Source: Dimorphilus gyrociliatus
Taxonomy: Eukaryota > Animalia > Annelida
Direction of reading: 5' to 3'
Length of the DNA stretch: 64,000 nt
Assembly (NCBI GenBank): GCA_904063045.1
Contig: CAJFCJ010000027.1
Location: 372,001-436,000 of the forward strand
Part shown: one piece after another, positions 1 to 12,370 of the stretch
How the letters are laid out: every line of letters begins with the position of its first letter
How positions within the stretch are numbered: the stretch's first letter is position 1
The notes under the pieces: generated by a model
The model's input: only the letters and a program-made list of their open reading frames with translations
The model's database searches: none
Told to the model about the DNA's origin: nothing
Position numbers and translations under genes: made by a program

Positions 1-35
1 CATTAAATATCTCATAATCTGATCTTTCCTGTCAG

Positions 36-140
36 GAATACGCCTATAGGGAATATAGTCGGAAAAAAAACCAATTTCTCTACTCCACAAAGGAGGTTAC
101 CAAAACGTATTACTCAAAAAAGAAACCATTCTCTAGTTAA
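36..140 (+). CDS. possible terminal exon of a gene lying upstream of the window
   Basis: Pyrimidine-rich acceptor tctttcctgtcag|36 followed by an open phase-0 frame (EYAYREYSRKKNQFLYSTKEVTKTYYSKKKPFSS*). A second frame is also open. No recognisable motif. Confidence 0.2.
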   Translation, partial: EYAYREYSRKKNQFLYSTKEVTKTYYSKKKPFSS

Positions 141-3100
141 TGTTATATAACGACGTAAATAATTCATACGCATCACATAAACAGTGATTAATAGGTATAG
201 TTGATACAAAAGTACATCTTAACGAAAATGCAAAATAGACTGAAGCGATTAACATACAAATAAAATATAATAATAGAATAAGGAGCGTTCAAAAGATTGT
301 TAAATGGTGTGAAGAATAGATATTAACTTATCTTTCAACAAAGGAATCATTAATATAATTCTAATTCCGATTTTAGTAGTTTGTACGTTAAAATAAGGGA
401 CAATTTGCCCCTTTATATAAAATATATACTATATATATATATATATATATTCATATAACTATATAAGTAAATATTTACATATATACATATTGTATATGCA
501 TATATACTGCTTATTGTATTCTAATGATTCTAGAGTAGAAATAAATGTCTATACATCTCTACCTGAACCTCTCTCTTATAAGTTATACTGTATAAGACAA
601 CATAATTATATATTAACTTATAAAATATAAATGAGGTTAAGCGACTTCCAAGAGTAATAGTTTTTCTAATATATTAAAGAAAATAATCGATCGGCAGGTG
701 TCTCTGCCTACACTGTTTGGTGCTTTTTTTTTCAAATATATATTCAAACAAGACGCATCTGCTACCAAGCTAAACCGATTTTCGTTTACGAGAAAACTTG
801 TTGGTTTGTATAAAAATATACTATATAATCTTTTATTAGTAAAATTTATGTTTTCGTTTTCATTCTCTTTCCAAGTCAATATTTGTCATAGAATAGAAAC
901 ATCCGCAATGATGTTCCTCCGTTTTGTTAATCTTATTGAAAGGCTTTTATTTATTCGTTTACAAATGCAATTATTGAAAAACTGTAAAAGTTTCAATGAA
1001 ATTTCTAAAATATAGGACATTTCGAAAGACAGAGACAATAAAAAATTTATTGCGAATAGATAATGAACAAGAGAGAAAGAAGAAGGAGAAGGAATGCAAA
1101 AGTTATTTACATGTAAAGATATAGGAAAAAAGGTGAAAATCTAAAGAAACTTTCTAATATATATCATTCTTATTAAGAAATTAAGAGGTAAAGTAGAAGA
1201 AATCTCTTTAAAAGAAGATAATTTTAAAAGCTTTTTACTACTAACAAACACTATTATTTTCATTTAAAAAAGTAGAGAGAAAAAAAAATCATTGATTTAA
1301 TTAACAGACTTTCTTAGACGATCTGCGTGACAGGTTTTCGTCTATATCTCATTAACACTTTACTTGTTTCTTGCTGCTTTACTTAGTACAACTCTCTTTC
1401 TCAAATTCCCTTCTTTACTGGAAAATATATAAAAGAAACAATTGTTCTTTATTAAAAACTAATTAACATAGCGACCTTCTCAAAAAAAGAATGTCAAACT
1501 TATTACATAGTTAAATTATAGTGTTACAATGTAATAGTTTTCGCATTTAATTTCTCAATTTGACCTATGTATTATTCATCATTTGATTTCCTGCTAATAT
1601 ATGTATATATTCACCTAGATTAGGAACAATTATTTGGATAAGATTTGAACAAGCTACCAATTAATTTAAATACTGATAAGTAAGCTTTTCCCCCTCAGAT
1701 ATGTTTATTTTCTTCCAATCCTGTTTGTTTTCAACAGAGATAAATTGAGACTCCTAGAAAAAAAACCATTTAAATTCCTACTTTCTTTTTTCTTTTTATA
1801 CTATCCCTTGTATCTTTCTCTCTGTCTGTCGATTTCTTTTTCAATCAATCCTTAGTTCGTTTTTCACAATCCTCTTCTTTAACACTAAAGTATTTCGCAT
1901 ACTTTTTTTTAAGCATGTGTACTGTTTTACCCTTCCCCCTTTTATACACTTATTTAATTATCTCTTAGTTGTTAATTCTTACAATAAGAAAAAACATTTT
2001 AAAAAAGTAAAATTCAAGAAAAACAAAAAATTGAATCTATGTTTGTCTATCAGTCAGAGTTTCTAAATAAAATCAACTATCATAATTTATAACTAAAGTA
2101 TTAATTACGATTATGACAAATATCTCTTTTAACAATAAAATCACCAGTATAATTTGGAAAAAATAAGTATGAATTGTAATTTTCTATTCATATGAATTGA
2201 ATGTACTTCATAAATAATAATATACTTTAGAATGTTTGATAGCATTGTACACAATACATTAACATATACAGTAGGTATAAGAGTAGAAAGGAGAGAATGA
2301 GAAAGAGAAGAGAAAGATAAAATACAGTGTATACTGTATATAGATTAAATGGAAAAATATGTTTGATTGTTAAAAAGAAGCAAAATTCAAAATTATTAAT
2401 GAAATAATTAAGAAAAAAGCATTTCAGTTACGAAAAAAAATATGCTGTAACATCTGTTTCTTGAAAAGAGGAGATATCTTAAAGATTTGTAAATTAATCA
2501 ATTTTCTTTCATCTTTAAAACACATTAAATAAGGATTTGTCCGTATTAGATTGTATTAGGCGGTTAAAGTAATAAAAAAAAACAGATTCAAAATTACAAC
2601 TGGAATTCTGTAGATTCAGCTCTTCTGATTTACAGTCAGATCGCGTGGTAAGCTATTGAAAAGCCTTTTGTGTTTATAACTCTTTATGACTCTTCTGCAT
2701 CGGTGATTAATGACAGTTTGATATTGAATTACTATGAACTTTGATCTTGACTGGATAGAAAAAACGAATCTATATACAAGGGGGGAACATCTTGTTTTTT
2801 TTTTTGAGTATCTGTGCAAGAGTGAAGTGATTATAATCGACAATTTCCGTTTCGATAGTTGTCTTCTTTGTCGAATATATATATATATAAATTTATATAT
2901 ACTGTATACTACATATAGACTAAACATAGTATATAGATTTATATATACTATATGTACTATATATGTATACAGGTATTTATGTATAGTTTCAAAAAGTGTG
3001 TTTTAACAAATCGTACAAATTTCATAGCATATGTCACCATATAAAAATATAAAATTCATATAACTGTGTAGTAAGTGACAAAATAAGTTATAACAATGGC

Positions 3101-3975
3101 CGAATTGTATCGATATATCATAAAAATTTGCTTATTTTTCAGTTTGAGTCTTATATATATATAGTATATACAGTATATATATATATATATATACTGTATA
3201 AATTTATACCATATATATAAACCTTTAATTTTGCCTTTATAACGTATATAAGCCTTTATTTCGAAAGAATTGAATTGAACAATAGACAAAGTGCCACAAG
3301 TTTGATTCAACTTTTAGCAGACAAGTGTACTTGACAATATTAAGAAAGAAATTACTTGTAATTAGTTAGCAAGAGCAAATGAAAGACACTGCAGTAAAAA
3401 TTCCAATATGCTAATGACCTTTTTCTATCTTATAAGTTCGTTTCATCTTTAAATTTTAGAGAAATAAAATATTTTGAACTCATTTATTACCAACAAAGTA
3501 TACAATATTATATTGTAATATATTATCTATACTATAATCTACTATATATAATAGCAATAGTTTAAACTCAATCAGCTAACCTTCTTTTCTAGAACGATTT
3601 TAAATCAATAAGGATTTATAGTATGCGTAATATATACTTACAATAAAGTCTGTAATAGTCTATATACTCTCTAACGGCTCTTTTGAATAGACCACCAATA
3701 AATGAGCGATAAATGTATGTATATATTCTGTATACTTTGAAATTGTGATTATATTACTACTATAATTGTTTTACATATAAGTTATGATAGAGATCGATAT
3801 TTTAGTATATATAAATATGCTTTAAACGCTTCTCTTTTTCCATTAATCCCAAGATTTTCTGTCCTTTTAATAAATGCTTTTAAACTCCTTTAGAGTGTCA
3901 TAAAAGAAAAGACGAATATTGAATTTGTAAAAAATTGACGGAATTACGTAATCAGCTCTTAGAAGAGTAAGTAGA

Positions 3976-6900
3976 ATGAGGAGTACTAATCTGCTTCTTC
4001 AATTACTACTAATAGCAATGACTGCTGATAAAAGTAGAGGTTAGTAAAGTTTGATGAAAATATATTATATTAGGAAAAAGGCGTTTATTGAATTAAATCA
4101 TAAAAAAGAAAATAATACAAATAAACAGGCAGAAAGTTGACGGACGAGGAAGAGCTGCATAAAATATTATTCGCCAGCTATAATCCATCTGGTATTCGAA
4201 AATCGTTTCAGTGAAAATTTTTGTAAAGGGAATTGTTGTATATTCGTAGCACGACCAGTAATCGACTCTTCGAAAACCGTTCAAGTAAATATCCAATTCT
4301 CTCTCATGCATATCAAGGATTTGGTTGGTTAAATTTTTCTTATCTATAAATATTTAATTTGTTTAAGACTTTATCTCTTTCTCTGATAGTTTTATATTTT
4401 CTCTCTCTTTTTTCTTTTAAATTACATTCTAGGACGTTCGTAGTCAAATCTTAACAACGACCGGTTTGCTAATTATGGTAAGTTTAAAAAAGAAGAATAA
4501 CAAATCCATTCTTTCTTTCTTAATGAGAAAAGCTAAAAAAAGAACAATGAAAGAATAAGTATGGCATTGGTTTAAAAAGAGGCGGTTAGAGAGTAGGAGA
4601 GAGATCCCAGTAGAAAATAAAGCAAAGGAAAAAGAGAGAAAGAGAGACAAACATTATTGAATCGACATAAGAATAAAAATAGGTTCAGAATTTCTTAGGT
4701 TTCTTTAATCATAATCCCGTCCAGTTCAGCATTTCTCTTATTGTTCCATGATTGTTATCTCTTTTAAAATTTTTATGCTATTGAAATACGTCATTAGAAA
4801 ACGCCTCCGCAAATAGTCAACTGATAATTTAACGCGTTCTCTCTCTGTCTGCCTCTCTCCCTTCCTTTTCCCCCTCTCTCACTCACTCACTCGCTCACTC
4901 ACTCACTCTCTCTATCACCCACTCATACAAAATATCATATAGGACAAGGCGTTTAGTGGATAGAGTAGACATATTAAATAAAAAATATAAGAAAAATGTT
5001 TTTTTAATAAATATTTACATTACAAATAGAAATGAAACGCCTATCAAAGACGATATCTTATCCGATTTTCTACGTAAATATCTCTTGATATAATAAACAT
5101 AAACATAAATTTTATTAGTATTTATGATTTGATTGCTTTCATTTTTTATTAAATCTATTTTTGAACAACATGTTTTATTATTTCTGGGCTATTTTCATTG
5201 CTATTTTCATGAAAGTATAATGAAGTTGTGGGATGGATTTTATATTTCTATAGAAAACATCCAAATATTTAAATATATAACCTATTCTCTCTCCTTTCCC
5301 TATCACCTCTCTAACTCTTCCAGATTTTTACTATCGCATCAATTTTTCTTACTAGCCTGTCTGTCTGTCTGTCAATCTGTCTTTCTTTCTTTCTTACTTT
5401 CTCTATTTTCAATCACTGCAATCAAAACAATCTGCAAAACTAACAAAAAGAAACAGTATATATTGTAATAGATTTATATAATTTATTTATGGTTTGTTAC
5501 TATTAAATAAATGTAATGTTAAGGAATGGATAGATGAGAGATTAATTTGGGAGGCATCCGAGCATAACAACTTAACAGAATTAATAATTGAGGCAAGAAA
5601 GCTATGGAGACCCGAATTCGCAGTTATCAATGGGTAATTAAGATTTAACAATCAGAGATACTTGTAAAATCTTACCAATTAAAAACTTGTACAATTTATA
5701 ATTAGAGCTGAGAGAATTTACGAAGATTACAACGCATTTCGTGCAGTTATTTCTCATAAAGGTTTCATTCATTGGGAACCGGGAGGAGTTTTTAAGACGA
5801 TGTGCCAAATAGATATTACGTATTATCCTTTCGATGAACAAACTTGCGCTTTAAGTAAGTTTTGCCTTAGCGTTATTAACGATTAAAGAATAATAGTACT
5901 AAATAACATTCTCTTGCTATTTTAAACTCTATTTAACATCTCTTTATTGTCAATTTTCTCATCTCTTGTCCAATGAATATCTTTTCTATTGCGTAGCATT
6001 TGGAGCTTGGTCGTATCATACAGCAAAAATGAATTTGACAACGTCATATGACGTCATAAACATGGATAGCTATAAAACGAATGGAGAGTGGGAAGTAATT
6101 GGCAAAAGGGTAATTTACATTAAAAATTCAATAGACTTAAGGTTATACTGTTATATATTAATATAAAGCTAAGTAACATTCTTAGACTGTAGTGATTATT
6201 CTTTTCTTTATTAACTTGATAATACATGCTTTTCAATGAGTAAAACTTTTAATAGAGTCTATTCAAAACTATAATTATCTGTTTTAAATATATACTATAG
6301 TATTATTGTTATAAAGGTGAAAAGGAACGAATTTGCTTACGAATCGGCTCCTAATGAGAAGTTTTCCAACATCGAATTTATTATTGTTCTTAGGAGAAGA
6401 CATACTTTCTATGTACTTAATGTTATTCTACCAAGTATTATGACCTCAGGTAATTAAATGTTAAATATTATATAATAATATATACAAGTATTTAAAATAC
6501 TTTATATTAATATAACAGTGCTTTTACTCTCCGTGTTCTTTTGTACTCCGGGCCAAAAGGTTAAGTAATCCCTTTTTACAATCGAATTGATAATTATTAA
6601 TAGAATAATTATTAAATATTATTTGTATTTTATCGTTATTAGACAGATTTTAAGTCTTTACCTTTTAAACTTCCATCATCAAAAGCTAATTTAAAGCTTA
6701 ATCTATATTCTAAATTGTCAATAGAGAAAGTAAAATCTCATTAGAAGCTATATTTTATTCACGAATAACTAACTATTAAATGTTTGATTTAATCTATTCT
6801 GATTTGAATTATTTGAAAATTAACCCAGCAATCTAATACAATGAATATTTACTTTTCCTATATTTTTAACATTTTAGCTTTTTACCAATAGTCTATAAAT

Positions 6901-7820
6901 GAAAATTTAAATAGCCAACTGGAGTATAAATCATTAAAATTCAATTGTATATTTGCATCCAAGTAGAAGGATATAAACATTAAAATGTATATTCATTTAT
7001 ACAAGTATTACTATTATTTCCCGAAGATGGCGGCACGCAGAAAGATAACTAGAGCAAAAGCTAGATTATTGAAAAACCTTGCGGGAAACCATATATAGTT
7101 TTATTTACATATACCGAAAGACGGAGATAGGCAGATGAATACTTTTCCTATATTTAATACAATTTCTATTCATTATGTATATTTTTCATTTGTTTAGGTA
7201 CAAATTGGAGTTGTTGTTTTACTGTCCTTTAGAATTTTTCTACTAAATGTGGCCGGAAACATTCCAAAAACGTCGGATCACATACCTCTCTTAGGTAGTT
7301 TCTTTAAAAATTGAAAGGCATAGACTCACTATTAACTTGAATTTATTTTCTTATAGGCGTCTATTTAACGGCTACGATGGCAATAACTACATTGTCTATG
7401 ATTCTAACTGTTTTCGTCTTAAATTTACATTATGTTACCGAGAAGCCGTTATCACCGTTTGTAAAGAGGTTGATGCTAGTATACGTAGCCAGAATGTTGG
7501 GAATGTGCTCAATAGAGAATAAACCATCAATAAATGGTAAATTTAGAAAGAGGAGAATGTCTGTTGACTTTGAAAGTAACAATTTAGTTACAAAGTCTCG
7601 TCAAGTAAGTTCAAAGGTTAGCGAAAGAATTGCTTTGCATTCAAAATCGTCAACAAGCTACGAAAAATACGAGGAAAATGATGATAAAGTTTCAGACTAT
7701 TCCCAAGATTGGAAAAGACTAGCTCAAGTGTTTGATAGACTATTCTTTTACTTATTTCTTTTAGCTATTTTAATTAGCACACTAATTTTATTTCAACCAT
7801 TGACCCGCCGTCCAAATTAG
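3976..7820 (+). CDS. nicotinic acetylcholine receptor-like Cys-loop ligand-gated ion channel subunit, non-alpha type (no vicinal CC), 450 aa
   Basis: 11 phase-consistent GT-AG exons: 3976-4039, 4129-4191, 4250-4323, 4433-4477, 5524-5633, 5706-5854, 5997-6109, 6317-6449, 6519-6559, 7198-7294, 7357-7820. Signal peptide MRSTNLLLQLLLIAMTA; WxDxRLxW and LWRPE motifs; Cys-loop CQIDITYYPFDEQTC; loop B FGAWSY; LRRRHTFYVLNVILP into M1; M2 GQKVQIGVVVLLSFRIFLL; PKTSDHIPLLG; M4 preceded by DWKRLAQVFDRLF. The 45-bp and 110-bp exons are typical of nAChR genes. Confidence 0.95.
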
Positions 7821-9412
7821 ATGTTTTTATTAAAAAAAAAACAAAGAAGAGACAAAAGAAAAAGGAGAGTCTTATCTGTTTCTTTTTGTAAACATAAGAT
7901 CTTATTAAATAATAAACGAAATATACTAATTAATAGTAATTTCTCCCTTTATTCTTATAATACAGTTTGTTATTTCTTTATCATTTTAGGTATTTAGAGG
8001 TTAACTAAGAGTTTATACACAGGTCAAAAATGTCACGAATGTTACCTATAAATATAAAAGGTGTACAAAATTTCCTAATTCGTAATATCTAATTCTTTAA
8101 TAGATAGATATAATTTCTATTTTCTATTATTAATCCATTCTAAATTGGCGTTAATCGTGATGGACTATATTTATTTTTACCTAGAAACATTCCAAACATT
8201 CAATCTAAGAACAATGCTTAAATATACTTCACTATAAATATTCTATATATTTAGTTCTGAAGAACGACAAGTCTGTAATAATCAAAAATCTTCAAACGTA
8301 TTGATGTATAAAGATAAAAGTGAGAAATTGTTTTGCAATGATTCAAATGTCCCTCATTCAACTTATAGGCTTATAGACAGTACTAATTTTTAAATAACGG
8401 TGGCCTATATCAAAGTGATAACAAATGTAGAACGACACGAATATACTTCTTCGTATAAAGAGTTCATTTACTCTTTTAACATCGCAATACGTAATTAGTA
8501 TTTATTTAGCTTATTCCATTCAACTTTCATGATAATAATTCATTGTTAAAATGTTTGTCCAATAAACGTTGAATTTATTTAAGGCGGAAGTCGTAAACCA
8601 AAAAAACATCATTGTCAGCAATTAAAAACAAAGGAGAAAATGACTAAGCAAGGCAACGAATTAGAAAAAAAGGCACATCCTTACAAAAAATAGTCAAAAG
8701 TCAATGAAATAACGTTTTTGAAATAGAAAACTATAACATAAATTAAAATGTAAGCAGAAAATATTCAAAAAGAATAAAACAACAGTTCTATTATTTGTTG
8801 GGTTTCTTTCAATATTTGATTGCAGTTGTTTGCTAAAAAGAAATAAAAATGTCTGAAAGCACTTTTAGTAGAAAACCTTTGAACGACTTCGAGATAAAGA
8901 AACTATGTTTTTTAACTTTTGCTATCTCCTACACAAAAATTAATCATCTTCTAAACGGGAAAAACCTATTGTTTAAGATTCTAAACAACACGTATTATAT
9001 CGAGTTTATATAGAATAATAGAGAAATGAAAGAATACATTAAATAGGTATATAGTTCATCATATTCATCTATTTTTTGAATATATTTTTAACCATTTACA
9101 AGGCTTATAAAAAATGTATTACCACAGAAAATATGAATCACAAAGCAACCGTCAAATTACGTCATAAAGACGGAAGTAAACTACTTTTTTCAAGTTTATT
9201 TGAAACAAACTACTTTTACAACTATATTCAATTAAATTCTTGTCAACGTAATGATTAATAACCTCTTATAAAATTTTTTTATATATCTGATGCATGAAAA
9301 CTCGTAGAAAATATGCAAAGATAATATATTAGCATATTAAAGGTGTGGCGCTTATGATATCTTATCAAAACTTTACTAATTTCTATAGGCTAGCTGCGCT
9401 CTCATCTAAGTG

Positions 9413-9419
9413 TATAAAA
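9413..9419 (+). promoter_or_regulatory. candidate TATA box of Cys-rich gene 1 (same motif at 17012-17018 for gene 2)
   Basis: TATAAAA about 60 bp upstream of ATG 9474. Position is compatible with a core promoter but there is no TSS data, and the sequence is AT-rich. Confidence 0.4.
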
Positions 9420-9473
9420 AGGCAGCAGACTGCATTAGAACACATATCAACTCGAGGAACACTCATATCAACA

Positions 9474-10824
9474 ATGGTCGCAATCAAACTTTTAATACTA
9501 TGCTCAGCTGTTGCTGTAGCTTTAGGTAAAAGAATATCTTCTTTATGTTTTCTTTAACTTCTACTCTATTCTCTTTACTTGCATCTTTCATTCTTCTCTT
9601 TCTTTATAGCAAAAATTGACAATGGTAAAACGTGTCTTCGAATGAAAAGTTATTGTGTTGAGAACGCCGAATGCAAAGGGTAACTTTAGTATTTTTAACT
9701 ATCATTTATACATATGTATACTAGTATACTAATATACTATATACATTCAAACAATGTTCTTTTACGGTTATTAGCAATATCTTTATTCTATTATATTTTT
9801 TTAGAACTGAAGATTCAAAATGGAACTGTTTATTAGGAACATGCGAATGTAAGAATGGTTACTTTCCAAAGTCACCTACAGAATGCGCTAAATATAGTAT
9901 GTCATCATTGTTATAAAAAAAACACGTTCATTTTAATTAATAATATATCCTATAGAGGACTTTGGTGAAACATGTACCGGTAATGGAGATAGGTGTAATA
10001 CTAAAAATTTGATTTGCGATACTACTTGTAAATGTAAAGACGATAAATTTGAAATAGACGGTACTGGATGTAAACTTAAAAAAAATGAAGAGAAAGAACT
10101 TAAAGATGCCTGCACAGAAGATTTGCAATGTGTTAAAGGTAATGAATTTGAAGTAAACTTAACGTTATATATTGAAAATTCACTTTGAAAATAATAGGTC
10201 TTGCAAAGGGTTCTGCTAGTTGCCAGGGAGGAACTTGTAAATGTCTTCCGCCTTGGACAACTGTTGGTAAAACGTGTGTAAATCAAGAATATGATAAATC
10301 CTGCAAAGATGCAGATACAGCAAGTGAAAAATGTAGACGAGGAACTGAAAATCTTGAATGTAAGAGCGATAAATGCGTCTGCAAAACCGATTTTAAATAT
10401 AACGCACGAGTAAAGAAGTGCCTGCACAAAGATTGTAAGTTTGAATTATTGATATTAATATTATAAATTAGCAGATTGTATATTTGAATATTGATATATT
10501 TTGCTAATTTGAATAGCTAGAGAGAATAGGAAGGAAGGAGAAACTTGTTCACCTGCAATCATCGCAGACAACACAAAATGGGATATTTGTGAAAATAAAT
10601 TTGTCTGCAGAAAATGTTCAAGTGACACCTCTGCTGATGGATTCTGTGTTGATGGTAAGTGTTGGAAGAATAATTATCAATTTATAACAAATGATTAATA
10701 ATTGTATTATCATTTCTTTTTCTCAGTCAATAAAGTCAATCCGAATAATTGTAATGGATCAGCCAACATTTCTGCAAGCGTTGCACTACTATTGACAGCC
10801 GTTTTAGCTTTTTTGGCTTACTAA
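9474..10824 (+). CDS. Cys-rich EB/EGF-like-module surface protein, GPI-anchored, cluster gene 1 (289 aa)
   Basis: Exons 9474-9525, 9610-9679, 9805-9896, 9956-10138, 10198-10434, 10517-10654, 10727-10824 (intron phases 1,2,1,1,1,1). Signal peptide MVAIKLLILCSAVAVAL; repeated C-x5-8-C-x-C-x4-C-x-C-x8-12-C modules; C-terminus NCNGSANISASVALLLTAVLAFLAY* (small residues, spacer, terminal hydrophobic tail = GPI-signal-like). Confidence 0.92.
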
Positions 10825-11604
10825 TTAAGTAGTAAGAACAATGGTTATAGAATTATAAATGATTGTATTTTTTGTACAATTTCTATGTAAAAGAGAGAAT
10901 TTTGTGTTAATATTTTCTACTGATGTTTAATGAATATGACAAATGCACTTTTGAAATAAAATTTAAGATTGAAGAAGAAGAGTGATATTTTTAAGAAAAT
11001 AGTCAGAGTGCATTTTGATGATTTCATTAAACGATTGAAGTTTAATAATTTAATAAATTATTGTATGAATAAAAAAATAAACAAATGAAAAAGAAATATG
11101 AATCTATATTTAAACTTGATGAAACGAGAGAAATATGTTGTTTTTTAACAAAGATAAGACTTTTATTCGAAATTATCAAGATAATTAAAAACATTCTTTT
11201 CCTTTCACTGAATAGATATATATATATACTATTTAAAGAAATATCGCCTATTATTGGTACTTTTATTCTTTGGTTCTCTATCTCAATTCCTGATTGATTT
11301 TATTCCTAATTTATTGTTTATTCCGAAAAGTACGATCTATTTTAGTGTTCTTCATAGGTATTTCTCGTTTGTTTGTTTTTCTTTGTTTTATACTTAGACT
11401 TGTTGTTCAGGACGAGCTTGGTCAGGTACAAAGACTTTATCAGTAAGATAACAACTAATGGATAAGTTTGAACTTGGAATATATTACAATTTGCGTTGCA
11501 TGAGAATAAGAAAATATATTTCTTTTTTTAAAGCTGTATTATTTGAAAATAGAATTATTCAATTATTACAGTTTTTTTCATAAATAACTAGGCAACAATA
11601 CAAC

Positions 11605-12370
11605 TCAGAAGCAAGGTCGACAAGAGCAAGACTTTGGCCATTTAATTTTTGCCCATTTAATTCTTATTTCCTTCAATTCTTCATCGTAGCATCTTATCAT
11701 TAACTTTTTCGTTTCAATTTTTGTTGGAACGCAACAATTACAATAGCTAGAGAAGAACAAATAATGAAAGAGCATAAGAAATTACAATTTAGAATATGAT
11801 AAAGAACACCAAGCAATTCCTTATATAGCTATTATATATTTCCTATTTTTATTATTCACCTGTCGTAGGTTTTGTTGGCCATGTTCAGTTCCGTATAGGA
11901 TCGACATTTTCCACTACAGGCCGTTAAAAGTGTTTTTTTTATCTAGTTTTATAATAAAACAGCATGGAAAACAAAGAAAAAAACCGATTTTATTAGTCAG
12001 GTTATATTTTTGTTGTACTAAAATGTTTACTTATTGCCACCACCTGTTTGATACTATTAGAGTTCTTATTTTACCTGACATTTGGAGACTTTAATTGTAT
12101 AGATAATCCTTTTTGGTCGGCAAGAGTTGGAGGATTGTCTTTGTCCATCGAGTAAACTCGCGTATAACAATATATAAAATGCATAAAATAGAATTTTCTT
12201 CTGAAAAAAAGTTGTTAAAAGAAATGAAAGAAAAGAAAGGAAAAGAAGAGAAGAATGAAACAGATAAACGAAGCTATTCAATTCTTTTCCTTTTAAATAT
12301 AATATGACAGTAATACCAAAAATGTATATATATATATTTATATAATATATTTAATACTAACTGAGAACAT
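11605..12370 (-). CDS. secreted 11-Cys cystine-knot protein, bursicon-alpha-like (also Norrin/CTCK-like), 119 aa
   Basis: Minus-strand exons 12370-12362 (ATG TTC TCA|gttagt, least certain), 12200-12075, 11942-11860, 11746-11605; phases 0,0,2. Protein MFSKKILFYAFYILLYASLLDGQRQSSNSCRPKRIIYTIKVSKCQIKKTLLTACSGKCRSYTELNMANKTYDSYCNCCVPTKIETKKLMIRCYDEELKEIRIKWAKIKWPKSCSCRPCF*. Cys spacing 13-9-3-16-CxCC-13-20-CxCRPC matches insect bursicon alpha as recalled. Confidence 0.88.

Larger units (their letters stand above)
9206..10835 (+). repeat. recent segmental duplication, copy A (paralogous to 16265-18441)
   Basis: Near-identity with 16265-18441 starts at caaactacttttacaac and ends at tactaattaagtagt. 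Exceptions are the MITE in copy B, the exon-4 patch and scattered substitutions. Confidence 0.95.

Noticed and set aside
2734-3310. Tyr/Ile-rich ORFs (also 56287-56514, 31861-32145, 28988-29242 and similar)
   Set aside because: Translations of (TA)n or purine/pyrimidine low-complexity DNA; no motifs or splice support.
9345-9557. ORF-track proteins MALMISYQNF... (also 16944-17156)
   Set aside because: They begin at GTG and read through an intron. The credible start is ATG 9474/17073, directly before the signal peptide.
9933-10427. Long minus-strand ORFs at 9933-10427 and 17629-18042 (also 4093-4311, 24422-24622, 46622-46852)
   Set aside because: Antisense shadows of real exons on the opposite strand; no independent coding signal.
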